Shown in pieces: positions 24,345 to 35,294 of a DNA stretch of 64,000 bases. Position 1 is the stretch's first letter, and each line of letters begins with the position of its first letter. A program made the position numbers and the translations under genes. This DNA comes from Pelagomonas calceolata (Eukaryota). Under the pieces are notes generated by a model, which ran no database searches, was not told where the DNA came from, and saw only the letters and a list, made by a program, of their open reading frames with translations. The stretch covers positions 3,658,001 through 3,722,000 of the forward strand of contig CAKKNE010000005.1 of NCBI GenBank assembly GCA_918797485.1. The letters run 5' to 3'.

Positions 24345-27300
24345 ATGGCCAAATTCCAGCTCCCCACGTCCACAAAAGGCGGCAGCAAGGGCTTCGCGCC
24401 GCCGCGCAAGACCGCGACGAAGACCGCGCCGCGCCCGAAAGCTAGACCTTTGGCGCCCGCGCGCTTCGAGTCGAAGCCGCCGCCGCCGCCTCCCACAGAC
24501 CCCGTGGGCGCCTGGGCCTGCCTCTACGCGAAGAAGGGCCCCAAGAAGAAGATCACGTGGCTCGACGGGGAAGTCGTGCGCGAGCCGTACCCCGGCAACA
24601 TGCACCGCGTCAAGCTCATCGACGCGGACACGAAGGCCCAGGTGACGTCCACCACGAAGCCGGCGTCCTTGGCGCCCTTCGAGGTCGACAAGGACGACGA
24701 GACGTGCTTCTCCGGTTATAGATTACAAATCACGGCGCGGTTGAGAGGAGGCGGGCCCGCGGCCGCGCCGGCGGCGCCGCCGGCGCCGGCCCGCCCGGCG
24801 CCGCGCGCGCCCGTCCGCCCGGCGCCGCCGCGGCCGAAGCCGCGGCCGGCCCCGGCGCCGGCGCCGGCTCCGCCGGCGCCGAGCGGCCGCGCCGCCGAGG
24901 TCGGCGCCTGGGCTTGCCTCTACGCGAAGAAGGGCCCGAAGAAGCGCATCACGTGGATCGACGGCGAGGTCGTCCGGGAGACGTACCCCGGCAACCAGCA
25001 CAAGCTCAAGCTTTTTGATGCGGCGACGCGCGTCATGGTCTCGGGCGCGACGGTGCCGGCGGCTTTTCGACATTTCGAGGTCGACGACGACGACGAGACG
25101 GCCTTCGGCGGCTACCGGCTCCAGATCACGGACCGGCTGCGCGGCGGCCTCGCGCCCTGCCCCGCGCCGCCCGTGCGGCGCGGCGTCCCCTGGCCTTCGC
25201 TTGCGAGACGCGTTGACGGTGGCGCGTCGATGGCGTGGAGGCTCGCGTCGACGGCGTTGAGGCGTCGGCCACGCCATCGCCGCGACGCATCGACACAAAA
25301 CCCATCTCCACACAGGCGCCGCCGGCGCGGCCCGCGCCACCCACGCAACAAGCGCCCGCGCGGCGGGGCCCGCCGCCGGGCTGGGGCGCGACGCCGCCGC
25401 CCGTGGCCCCGCGGGCGCGCCGCCCGCGTCCCGCCAGCACGCCATCGCCGCAACCCGCCACGCGTCAACACACAGGTCCCCGCCCCGAAACCCCGGAGCG
25501 GCCCGCCCGCGAACTGGGCCTCAACCACCACAGTCGCGCCGAAGCAAAAAACGAAGAGACCCTCGACGAAGATGCACGACGGGCCCGTGACTGATTTCGT
25601 CGTCCTAGATCAACCGAGAGTTGCACTACGAGGCCCCGTCGCGCGGAAATTGCGACCGCACCAACGGGACGCCGTCAAGTTTTTGTATGGCTGTCTATCG
25701 GGAAGGCAACCTGAGAGAAGAGAAGGTGCTATACTAGGCGACGAGATGGGCCTGGGGAAGACCCTCACCACTCTAGCATTGTTGCGAACTTTGGTGAAAG
25801 CAGCAGGAAGTTGCCAGAACGACGACCACGGTTTGCAGAAGATCCGGAAGGCCTGTGTGGTCTGCCCGGCGTCATTGGTCGCCCAGTGGCCCAACGAGGA
25901 CGCCAAGTTCTTCGGGCGGGTTTCGTCGAACGTCGTCTGGATCCCTTGTCTAGAGAAGGCGGGCGGGAGTGCGGACGGCACGGTAGAGACGGCCAAGGCA
26001 GCTCTCGAAAGGTGGCGCGCGTTGGATGGCCGACGGTCCTGTGCCGTGCTATCCATTTCGTACGAGGCCTTCGCGCGGCACTGCGAAAGTCTCATTGATG
26101 CGGACCCTCAATTGGACCTGCTGATCATGGACGAGGGCCACCGGTTAAGGGGTGGTGCCAAAGCTAAAACAGCTTCCTTACTCCGAGACTGTCGGGCTTC
26201 CAAGAGGTTACTGTTGACGGGCACGCCGGCGATGAACAATTTGGAGGAGTTCCACTCGTTGGTCGACGTTTGTTGTCCTGGCGCTTTAGGTGATGCGGCG
26301 TCCTTCCGGAGGGATGTCATGAGGCCTATTTCTGCTGGGGCGTTGCGCGGCGCGTCTTCTGCACAAAAGAAGGCGAAGGAGGAGGCGACGCAACAACTGA
26401 GAAGTGCCGTATCTGCATTCTACCTGCGGCGGGCGGCGTCGGACATTGCTAGAGCTTCCCTCCCACCGAAGACCGTCCATATAGTGTGCTGCCGCATGGT
26501 CGACGACCAACGGGAAGCTTATGAAGAGGCCTGCGAGCTGCGGGACGGCGGCGCTCTCGCCACGATCCAGAAGCTGCGAGCCTTAGCTACAAGAGGGCCC
26601 GCTCGGAACCCGCTGCACGAGCCTTCAAGTGGCAAGTTACGCGTCGCCTTCGCGTTATTGCAGCACCTCCGCGAGACGGGATCTGAAAGAGTAGTAATCG
26701 CGTCCGGAAGCACGGCGACGTTGGACGTCATCCAAGCCTGCTGCGATGCGCGGCGGTGGGACTGGCTGCGGGTCGACGGAACGACGCCGCCGGCGGAGCG
26801 GCCTAGATTAGTCGAAAGATTTAAGTCGAGGACCTCGAACGCGTTCGTGTTTTTGCTGTCGACGCGGGCGGGCGGCTGCGGCCTGAACCTGGTCGGCGGC
26901 AGTCGCTTGCTCTTGTTGGATCCGGACTGGAACCCGGCGCACGACGAGCAGGCCATGGCGCGCGTCTGGCGCGACGGCCAGGCGCGGCCCGTCCACGTGT
27001 ATAGGCTGCTCTCCGCCGGTGCTGACGCGGCGTGATTTCCGAACGTTTCCGACACCGCATCGACGCCTTCGACGTGGCCGTCAGAGAGCCTACACATCCT
27101 CGACGCTGTCGTTCGACGCAGGCACGATCGACGAAAAGACGCTCGCGCGCCAGCTCCACAAGCACGACGCCAATGATGGTGCCGTATTAGACGACAACAA
27201 CTGCGCCGCGCGCTTCTCGGCCCGCGCCCGCGTGGACATCACATTTCACGCCATCGACGCGACGTCGTACGAACACAACTCACTGGTCAATTCCCACAGG

Positions 27301-27680
27301 CGGAGGAGCTTGAAAGATTGTTCGCGTACGAGGACACGGCGTCGGAGCTCTACGCGTCGCAGGCGCGCGGGCGCAAGGCCTGGCCCGCGTACGTCCCTTC
27401 TGCGATCTCCGACGGTGCGCTGAAGGCCGCCGCGGCGTTTGGGGTGACGTACGTCAAGTCCGACACTCATACTGCAGACGGTCATCAGGCTTCCTCCGAC
27501 GACGAAGCGTCGGACTCGGAGGCCGAGGAGCCGTCCCGGAAGTCGGGCTCGACGGCGACGCGGTCCTACCACACTGGAAGAACTCCGAACGATGATGATG
27601 AGGAGGAGTTCCAGTTCGACGAGGTCAGCGCTCCGGCGAAGAAGCGGCGCGTCATCACCGAAGACTCGGACGACGAGTAG
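24345..27680 (+). CDS. RAD54/RAD54B-like SNF2 helicase; introns ~25164(or 25173)-25315, 25403-25475, 27019-27121, 27220(or 27232)-27299
   Basis: LRPHQRDAV, GAILGDEMGLGKT, DEGHRL, LLTGTP, FLLSTRAGGCGLNLVG, DWNPAHDEQAMARVWRDGQ, YRLLSA|GTIDEK. Confidence 0.9.
24504..25148 (+). repeat. Internal duplication of an ~83-codon N-terminal domain (24504-24752 and 24900-25148)
   Basis: Both copies read VGAWACLYAKKGPKK.ITW.DGEVVRE.YPGN.H..KL.DA...FEVD.DDET.F.GYRLQIT.RLRGG. Confidence 0.95.
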
Positions 27681-27788
27681 GCACAAGGCCTTTCCCCCTT
27701 TCCCCTGTTCTAAGCTTCGTACGTAACACACATTGCCACCGAAGCGGCCGGCCGCGCCCGCAACGGCGCCGGCCGCACCTACGCGGGG

Positions 27789-27810
27789 CTAGTGTCTTAC
27801 ATGCCCCTAG
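27789..27810. promoter_or_regulatory. CTAG-box
   Basis: CTAGTGTCTTACATGCCCCTAG. Confidence 0.6.
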
Positions 27811-27864
27811 CTAGCTCGAGCTCGCGAGGCGCGACGCCATCAGCGGCTATCTCGTTGCAATCCA

Positions 27865-28288
27865 ATGGCCAAAACGCCGGCGAAGAAGTCCGCCAAAGCG
27901 CCGGCGATAGCCCTGACCGAGCGCCAGGCGAAAAAGGCGGAGAAATCTGAAAAAGCAAGCGAGGCCGCAAAAAACGCCGCCGCGCTCAAAAAGCGCCTAC
28001 GGAGCTGCGCTGGCCGCTGGCGGGCCCTACAGGTTGGGCCGGGACTTTACCGCCCGCCACGTCGGTTATAACCGGGGCTATTATCGCGAGCACTGGAGCA
28101 TCAAGCCCCTGACGTTCACGCCCTCCGACGACGAGAGGAGGAGCAAGAAGCGCCCCGCGCCCAAGACGTTCACGCGCTCCGACGACGAGACGCCCGTGGA
28201 AGGCGTCGAGGAGGCGACGAGCCAGTGCTTCCGCTGCGGCGGCATCGGCCACTGGGCCCGCGACTGCCCGAAGAAGAGGAAGCCTTAG
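27865..28288 (+). pseudogene. Split ORF: histone-H2B-tail-like N-terminus (27865-28071) and out-of-frame CCHC zinc knuckle (28034-28288)
   Basis: MAKTPAKKSAKAP start; CFRCGGIGHWARDC in a second frame; possible acceptor CCCTACAG ending at 28032 but no clear donor. Confidence 0.45.
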
Positions 28289-29047
28289 ACGGGCGGGGGC
28301 CATGTAAGTATGTGTCTCTTACTGAATCCGGGGAGGGGGAACGGCTGCAGATCAGCACGACCGCGACCGGAGTCGCGGCGACGACGCCTCCGTACTTGGC
28401 GCCCGTGTCCCCGGAGATGCGGTACCGCTACATGGACATCTGCTATCCGCGAGACCGCCACAGGCCACGCCCGCGATAATGCTCGAAACGACCTTTCCCA
28501 CCGCGTCGGCGTCCACGCCATCGACGCGACGTTGACCTCGTGTCTCCTGCGCCTGGCGCGACTGGCGTAGTCGCGCAGGAGTGCGCAGCGCGAACAGCAG
28601 GTGTCGATTTGATGCTCAAAAGTTGTTCAGCCGGCGGCACACGCCCGACCGCCGCCGCGCGCACCGGGAATTATCGCAAGAGTCGCCGCGCGTGGTAGTG
28701 CACGCATCGATCAATGAATCGGCGTTTTTAGCCCGCGCGGTCCGTCCGAGGCTCCCGCGTGCGGAATATCCAAGGACCGTTCCTCGTACGCGCGACGATC
28801 GCATGGATGAACACGGGCTCATTCTTAGCAAAATGAACGACATCACGGCCGCGCGGCAGAAAACCGAGGCGAGTGCGCCGCGCTGCGCGTGCGGCAGTCG
28901 TCCCTATTGCCAGCCTTGCACAGCTGCGGTGCCTGGTTGCGCGGGCTCTTTGGCTCGCCACTGCCAGGAGGGATGCCAGCGATGCGCGAGAACGCTCAAG
29001 CAGTGCGCAACCTCGAAATTTGCGGCCCCTGCTTGCTTTTGCTCTTC

Positions 29048-29071
29048 CTAGTGTGTCTTACGTGTCGCTAG
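29048..29071. promoter_or_regulatory. CTAG-box
   Basis: CTAGTGTGTCTTACGTGTCGCTAG. Confidence 0.6.
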
Positions 29072-29179
29072 CCCTGAATCCCATCGCGATCGCCCCCAAA
29101 CCTAGCTATTATTGCATCATCCAGCAAGGTTCCAGCGCGGAACAGCTGCAAAAAACATAGTCGTGATCCACTGGCAGCG

Positions 29180-30259
29180 ATGGAAGTCCCCACGCGCCGG
29201 GTGCGCGTGAGGTTTCGAGTGGGAGGGAGTTTGGTGAGAGAGGGGAAGGGCAAGAGGGAGGCCATTTACATCGCGCTGACGGCGGCCGGAGCCGAAACGT
29301 TCTTTCCGACGCCCGAGATCGCCCCCTACGATCGGCAACAAGACAAGGAGACCGACTACTACCTCGCGAAGACCGAGACGGGAGAATTGATGGACGGCAC
29401 GTCCCTGCCCGACGAGGCGCAAAAAAGGATACTGAGCTTCCTCCTCCACGACGTCAACAAACGCAACGGCGACCCGTCGCGCTCGTCTTTACTCATGTCC
29501 GTGAAGCCGCGCGAGCCGCCGAAGGCCATAGTGTGGACCGAGCCGATGCGCTATGCATTGGAGGCCGGCACGCGCCAGCTCCACGGCGCCGAGCTGCCGT
29601 CGTTCGCCGAGATTGCGAAAATGGGCTCCGTGGAAAAGGTTGGCCTGATGGGACTGTGCTCCTATTTGCAAACGTATGCACATGCTACTAAAGCTGCGAC
29701 GCAGATCAGGTTGGCTTCCAAAACCCAAAGGTCATTTGCGGACTTCAAAACTCTACTGTCTCAAGTGATGAAGCGAAAGAAGACGCACAACGGTCCTCGC
29801 GGTTACGGTAGGAAGGAGGGCGAGACGATGGAGCAGTATTGGTTGCGGATAGGGGAGCTATACTCCGACATTCAGGATCCTACGCTTCGTAAGTTAGGAG
29901 ACAGAATTGAGAAGATAATGTCCTGCTCGAACGTGGACGTCGCGCAAGAGGGGCCTCTATGGGCGCGACACCACCGCGATTGGTTTGTCGATAACAAGTG
30001 TCCGTATGCGCCGCCGCGCGAGACGCCGGAGGCGGACGAGCTCGCCTGGATCGGGAGGTGCTACAAGGACAAGGACGGGGTCTGGTGCATCAAGAAGGTC
30101 GAGTTCTCCCAGCAGGATAGGGAGCTCGCCGTGTACGCCTACCCGGCCGACGAGGAGCCGCCGGAGGACGACGACGAGCTGGAGCGCGAGTTACTCGACC
30201 CTTTCAAGGAGGCACTCGATGAGGAGGTTAACGTCTGGGTCGAATCGGACTCGGAGTGA
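29180..30259 (+). CDS. Hypothetical protein (359 aa, acidic C-terminus)
   Basis: Long ATG-initiated ORF with protein-like composition and an upstream CTAG element; no family recognised. Confidence 0.7.
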   Translation: MEVPTRRVRVRFRVGGSLVREGKGKREAIYIALTAAGAETFFPTPEIAPYDRQQDKETDYYLAKTETGELMDGTSLPDEAQKRILSFLLHDVNKRNGDPSRSSLLMSVKPREPPKAIVWTEPMRYALEAGTRQLHGAELPSFAEIAKMGSVEKVGLMGLCSYLQTYAHATKAATQIRLASKTQRSFADFKTLLSQVMKRKKTHNGPRGYGRKEGETMEQYWLRIGELYSDIQDPTLRKLGDRIEKIMSCSNVDVAQEGPLWARHHRDWFVDNKCPYAPPRETPEADELAWIGRCYKDKDGVWCIKKVEFSQQDRELAVYAYPADEEPPEDDDELERELLDPFKEALDEEVNVWVESDSE

Positions 30260-30595
30260 GTAAGTGTTAAAACTAATAGAGAGGCGGCGCGTGATTGATC
30301 TGGACGCTGCCGCCAAAATTAGTGCGTTTGGCGGAGAGCCTGAACTCAACACCGCGCCCCAACGCCTCCCCGGAGCGCACGAGTAACAATCAAGACTCCT
30401 AGAATTACCCCGCCTCAATCGAACACCCGGAAGTGCAGGAACTTGAACGTGATGTACGCCGCCGTCGTCAGCGACAGGTACTGGGACGTGAACACGTCCA
30501 ACGCGTCCACAAATTGTCTGGCTAATCCAATAGCCTCGCCCGCCGTCTTCGACACGGTGAAGGCCACGACGGCGGGCTTCGGCGACTCGTCGTTT

Positions 30596-31330
30596 TACCG
30601 CAACGTTCGACGGTGCGGCTATGAGTATCCTAGGCTTCAAGTGTCGTAACTTCTCGAGCCACTCACATCTCCTAGCACATTTCTTCCAGCCCGCCTGCCG
30701 GACCAGATCGTCCTTGTGGATGGCCTCCCTTAGAACTTCCTGGTAGTAGGTTTGATATTGAGCGTTGTGTAACGCATTCACGCATACTACTAACGTCGTA
30801 GTTTTTCCCGTGCCCGGCGGGCCCTGGATCAGTGTGATATCTTCGCTATCATGCGCAAAGCCGCCGACGGCATGCACAATAGCCTCCAATTGGCTCGGGT
30901 TGCACTTCGTGCGCGCATGGCGGGAGAAGCCGCTCCTTGAAACAAGCGCGTCTAACCGCGCGCAGCAGGCCGCCGCGGCGGCGTCTTCGCCTAGATCCGT
31001 GCGCTTCGTTTGGACGGTGACCGGCCGCGTCTGCTTTGATACTAAAGCTTCGCGTAGCCTCGGACTCAGCAGCGAAACGTGCGCTAATGCATCTAATTCT
31101 CGTAACGACGGCGTCAGCCCCGTGATCGTTTGGAACTGGCACGTCGCCTGGACGCCGCCCGGGCCCAGTAACTTGCGCGCGCCGACGCGGGCCGCGTCCG
31201 CCGCGCCGTCGCGCTTCGTTAGTACACAGAGGATTTTCGTACTCTCCTGCTTGAGCGCTACTAAATCATCCCGCGCCGGGTCGCCGAGTCTTCCATAAAT
31301 TTTCAGAGGCGCGAAGGCCCCTCTATCAGC
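30596..31330 (-). pseudogene. Fragment of an Upf1/Sen1-like SF1 helicase
   Basis: CNPSQLEAI, ITLIQGPPGTGKTTTL, RILIAAPSNVAV; no ATG start; similarity stops right after motif Ia. Confidence 0.75.
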
Positions 31331-31359
31331 ATCGTGCGCGCCGGCGTTCTCCAGGGCGA

Positions 31360-32025
31360 CTACTTCGGGGAGACGTCGACGCCGCGGCGCTTCCAGCCGA
31401 ACTGCGCCGTCGCGTCGCGGTCCCAGCTCTGGGGCACTTCCACGAGGTCGGGGAGGCCCTCGGGGTATTGGTGGTCCGTTACTAAACGCTTCTTGATGTC
31501 GTCCAGGACCGAGCGCGGCATTTCCGGCTTGCGCGCCATGACCCAGACGTAGGCGCGGCTCGGGTAGCCCACCTGTGCGCAACCAACCAGTGTGAGTCGG
31601 GTGCAGCCGATAACTCTTAATCAAGTCCGCGACGCCATTTAACTATTTGATTATGCACTGGTGCCGACGACGAACCACGCCGCGTCGTTGTCCAGTGCCG
31701 TCTTAGACTTTTCTATCACCAAGTAGGGCATCTTCACCGGCCAGAACGGAGATACTTTCCAGCCAGACGTGTTATCGTCGTACCAGGAGCTACCTGTTTG
31801 CGGGAGCTTTTTCAGCGGGCCATCCAGCGAATTTTTATTGTATCTAAAGTCGATGTCTACGGCGCCCTCCGTCTTGCCCGCCGAATACGTCTCGATGGCA
31901 TTGTGCGCGCCCTTCTCGAAGATCGTCGGCATCACGGCGATGACGAACCACGTGCCGAAGAGCTGCCGGACCGGGACGTTATCGACGGGCTTCAGAGGTT
32001 CAAGCTTTGTAGAACTGGCTCCCAT
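31360..32025 (-). CDS. Lipocalin (Blc/ApoD-like); intron 31573-31668
   Basis: FGTWFVIA (lipocalin GxW), FWPVKMPYLVI, VGYPSRAYVWVMARKP; MGASST is a possible myristoylation site. Confidence 0.88.
31573..31660 (-). mobile_element. Introner (type B)
   Basis: Ends CAGTGCATAATCAA / TTGGTTGCGCACAG; TSD GTCGGCAC/GTGGGCTA (5/8). Confidence 0.8.
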
Positions 32026-32212
32026 TGCGATTCTCTGGTGTTGAGGAGCGTCGAGCTACACCACGCTGATGACTGAGTGGAGCAGGGCCTCTGTGAATGG
32101 CGAAATTTGTGCGGAATCGATACCGCAATTGCGTAGAGGCCAGCTTATGGACGGGAGACGTAGTGCTGCTGCTTGTAGCGGCCTCTCTGATCTGCGTGGA
32201 TCTGCGCGGATT

Positions 32213-32235
32213 CTAGCGCAGCATAGACACACTAG
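32213..32235. promoter_or_regulatory. CTAG-box (reverse orientation), divergent promoter
   Basis: Reverse complement CTAGTGTGTCTATGCTGCGCTAG. Confidence 0.55.
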
Positions 32236-32423
32236 GCTGCCAGCCTTTGTGGCTGACTATAGCCTGTGTCTGAGGGATCGTTGCGCAGCAGGCGTCGTGC
32301 ACGCCTCTGCACGCATCCCTGCGAACCACTGCGGGCGCTGCAGTCAAGCGCTGTTCGAAGGAGACGCCAAAAAGCAACTGCAGCCGCTGCACTGCAAGCT
32401 GCAGCCGAGGAGCCGTCGCATCG

Positions 32424-33326
32424 ATGCCTGGCAGTCCAATGATCCCGGCATTATTGCTGCTTGGCTGGGTTGCACAAGCATTGGACCGTGGCACCGTCTT
32501 GGTTACGGGCGCCTCGCGCGGCATCGGTGCCGCCTGTGCGAAACGACTCGCGAGAGATGGTTACGTCGTCGCCGTGAACTACTGCAGCGACGCCGACGCC
32601 GCCGCGCGAGTCGTGAACGACATCGTGGAGGACGGAGGCTCAGCGGAGGCCTTCCAGGCCGATGTGTCGACTGAACAGGCCGTCGTCGACCTCTTTAACG
32701 CCATCGACGCGTCCCCGCTGCCACCGTTGACGGGCCTGGTGAACAACGCCGGCATCATAGGCTTCGAAATGCCGCAGACGCTGGATACATGTACGACGGA
32801 CGCCTTCGAGGCGATGATGGCGACGAATTTACTAGGACCGCTGATGTGCTGCCGCGAGGCTGCCAAGCGCATGGCGCCTGGATCCGCGGTAGTAAATCTC
32901 TCGTCGGGCAGCGCGTACCTCGGCAGACCATTATTATACAGCATGTCGAAGGGCGCCCTCAACAGCATGCAGCACGGTCTCATCGAGCCCCTCGCGAAGC
33001 AAGGTGTACGGATCAATACCGTGAGTCCGGGCGTGACCGAGACTGATATGGTATCAATCTGTGTGGAAATCAACCAGTGCGTCGGGTGCGCGATGATTCA
33101 GCACGAACGCGCCGTAGAATTTTTGATTTTCACACAGGTATCAATCATCACGGACAGCCCGGAGCGCCTGAAGAAGAGCGAGTCCGACATCCCCATGGGT
33201 CGATTAGCCAAACCCGAGGAAATCGCCGGCGCCGTCTCATACCTGCTGTCCCCCGACGCGTCCTTCACGCACGGCGCGAATATAAGAGTAGCCGGCGGCC
33301 GCGGGCCGGGGACGACGCTTGGGTAA
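32424..33326 (+). CDS. Short-chain dehydrogenase/reductase with signal peptide; intron 33051-33137
   Basis: VTGASRGIG, LVNNAG, YSMSK, VRINTVSPG, PMGRLAKPEEIA. Confidence 0.92.
   Translation: MPGSPMIPALLLLGWVAQALDRGTVLVTGASRGIGAACAKRLARDGYVVAVNYCSDADAAARVVNDIVEDGGSAEAFQADVSTEQAVVDLFNAIDASPLPPLTGLVNNAGIIGFEMPQTLDTCTTDAFEAMMATNLLGPLMCCREAAKRMAPGSAVVNLSSGSAYLGRPLLYSMSKGALNSMQHGLIEPLAKQGVRINTVSPGVTETDMVSICVEINQCVGCAMIQHERAVEFLIFTQVSIITDSPERLKKSESDIPMGRLAKPEEIAGAVSYLLSPDASFTHGANIRVAGGRGPGTTLG
33059..33137 (+). mobile_element. Introner (type A)
   Basis: TIR CTGTGTGGAAATCAA / TTGATTTTCACACAG; perfect TSD GTATCAAT. Confidence 0.93.
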
Positions 33327-33334
33327 ACTAACAC

Positions 33335-34790
33335 TTAGAAGTCGAGGCCCGAGAACGACGCCAGGATCAGCCCGTAGCCCTCGTCGAGCGGCACCGCCCG
33401 GTCGACGACCGACGCGCAGACCGCGGGCACGAAGCCCTGCCGGTCGAAGATGTCCGGGAAACTCATGAGGAACAGCAGGACCCCGAAATCAGCTAAAGCA
33501 TCGACAAAATTCCCCGTCGCGGACCGCGATTGTTTCAAAAGTTCCTTCAGGTCGTCGCGCGTCTGCGGGACCAGGCGGTTCTCCTTCGGGAATTTGGACG
33601 CATAACATGAAGACTGGTGCTGCTTGACGGGCACGTTGCAGAGGAAGAAGGGCGTGTCGACGGCTTCTGCTCTCTTGCCCTCTACTATGGCCGTGTACGT
33701 CTCGTGCACCAAGACGGACGTCAAATTGTCGTCGTCCGGAGCCAAAGCGCCTTCCGCGACCATGGCCATGCACTGCTTCGAGACCTGGTACGCTTCAAAC
33801 GAGGCCTCGCCCGTCTCCGCGACGGATACTCTCACAGTAACAAAGGGCGTCTCGTTCACACCGTCGGCCGCTTCCAACTGCTCGAGGGCCGCCGTGATGA
33901 CCTCCTCTCCGCTCAGGATGAAGCCCTCCTCGCGCGGCGGGCAGGCGACGATCCAGCCCACCCTTTGTAGGCCTAATAAAGCGGCCAACGCCGCCACATC
34001 TTCGGCGCGGTCGTCCTCGAGGAGCTCGAAGCCGCGCTCGGACCTGCGTGGTGTTCGCGTCGCGTCGATGGCGTCGAGGGCGCGCGCGGTCGCCCCGACG
34101 CCGGCGCCGCGACGGCCAGTCGATGGCTCACCGTCGAGCAAAAAAGGACACAGTCACAGACGCCTCCTGCGGCGGCTCGTAGATCGCCTCCACTGTCACA
34201 TTTTTTTCATCATCAAAAGACCCGTATAGGTACCCTACCCGTTGTCTCCGCCAGCCGAGCTGCTGCACGTAGGCCTGGAACGACACGCAGGCGTTCGAGT
34301 CCAGCGACACCCCATGGCAAAAGGCCTTTTCCTGGCGCTTGATCTTGAAGTTGAACTGGTCGTCCATCTCCAGGAAGTCCGTCAGGGTCCAGGCCTTCTT
34401 GATGTCGCCCAGCGCCGCCTGGCCCGGCCTAAAACCTTTGGACGAGCAGTAGTCGTCATACTCCGTCGCGGTGATCTTCCCGTCGGCGCCTATTTTAACT
34501 CTTGCTGCTCCTTTAATGCCGCGGTCCTCCTTTTGGGGCGGTGGCGGGAGGGCGACGGCCTCGCCCACAATTAGGTGGACCATCGCGCCGTTGTCTCCCA
34601 GTCGGCACTGTTGTAACGTAGCAGCGTCATCTAGAGGTTTGTCTCCTTTCGGATCTTTGGACAGCGTTTGTTGGGCGGCCTGGACGTTCTTTTGCTGTTC
34701 TATGAGTTGTTTGACGGCTCCTATTGTGGTCTGCGGGCCCTCGACCTCGAGGCGCCAGGTGCCGGCCTTCGTTCGAATGCGGAGGATCAT
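33335..34790 (-). CDS. NPL4: NPL4-like Cdc48/p97 cofactor; intron 34044-34161
   Basis: N-terminal ubiquitin-like MILRIRTKAG; QRVGYLYG, VEAIYEPPQE, LGLQRVGWI, FVTVRV, FEAYQVSKQC, FPKENR. Confidence 0.9.
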
Positions 34791-35035
34791 GCTTCTTTCT
34801 CGCGGTGTTTCGTACGCGGCGGTGGCGCGCGGCGTCGGTGGCGGTGTGCGGCCTCGGCGGCGTCGACGTGCGGCGTCTTCTTATTGTCCTAGAGGCCCAC
34901 GCACGGAGCGATGGCGTGCGCGCGGCGGACCACTCGCTTCTCGCAGCGCTTTGCTGCGGCTGTCGCGTCCGCGAGACCTGCGCCAACGGCTGTCCAGGAG
35001 CGCGGCCGGACGAGCCGGTCTACTCGATGGATGGG

Positions 35036-35057
35036 CTAGTGGCTTTATGGACGCTAG
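35036..35057. promoter_or_regulatory. CTAG-box, divergent promoter
   Basis: CTAGTGGCTTTATGGACGCTAG. Confidence 0.55.
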
Positions 35058-35294
35058 CTTGCTCTTTTGCGGCGCTGCTGTTCAACTCGCGAGTCTGGGA
35101 CGTACGGTAAGGTTGGAACCCAGCAGAAGTGCGGAGCGACTAACCACTACTCGCGGAGAGCACGCTCCCAGTTCGCGGACCGGCTAGAGCTGCTGAGGGG
35201 CTCCTGGTGAAAGCACTGCCACACAGCGGAGCGCGACCGTCTGGACGATCTGGAGGCGCGAACGTCTGGGCGACTGGACTGCCACAGCGCAAAA

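Noticed and set aside
28290..29045. Several short ORFs, including a Cys-rich one at 28581-29051, and a possible minus-strand intron near 28493-28536
   Set aside because: No recognisable motif or consistent gene model; Cys richness reflects GCTGC-rich promoter-like DNA.
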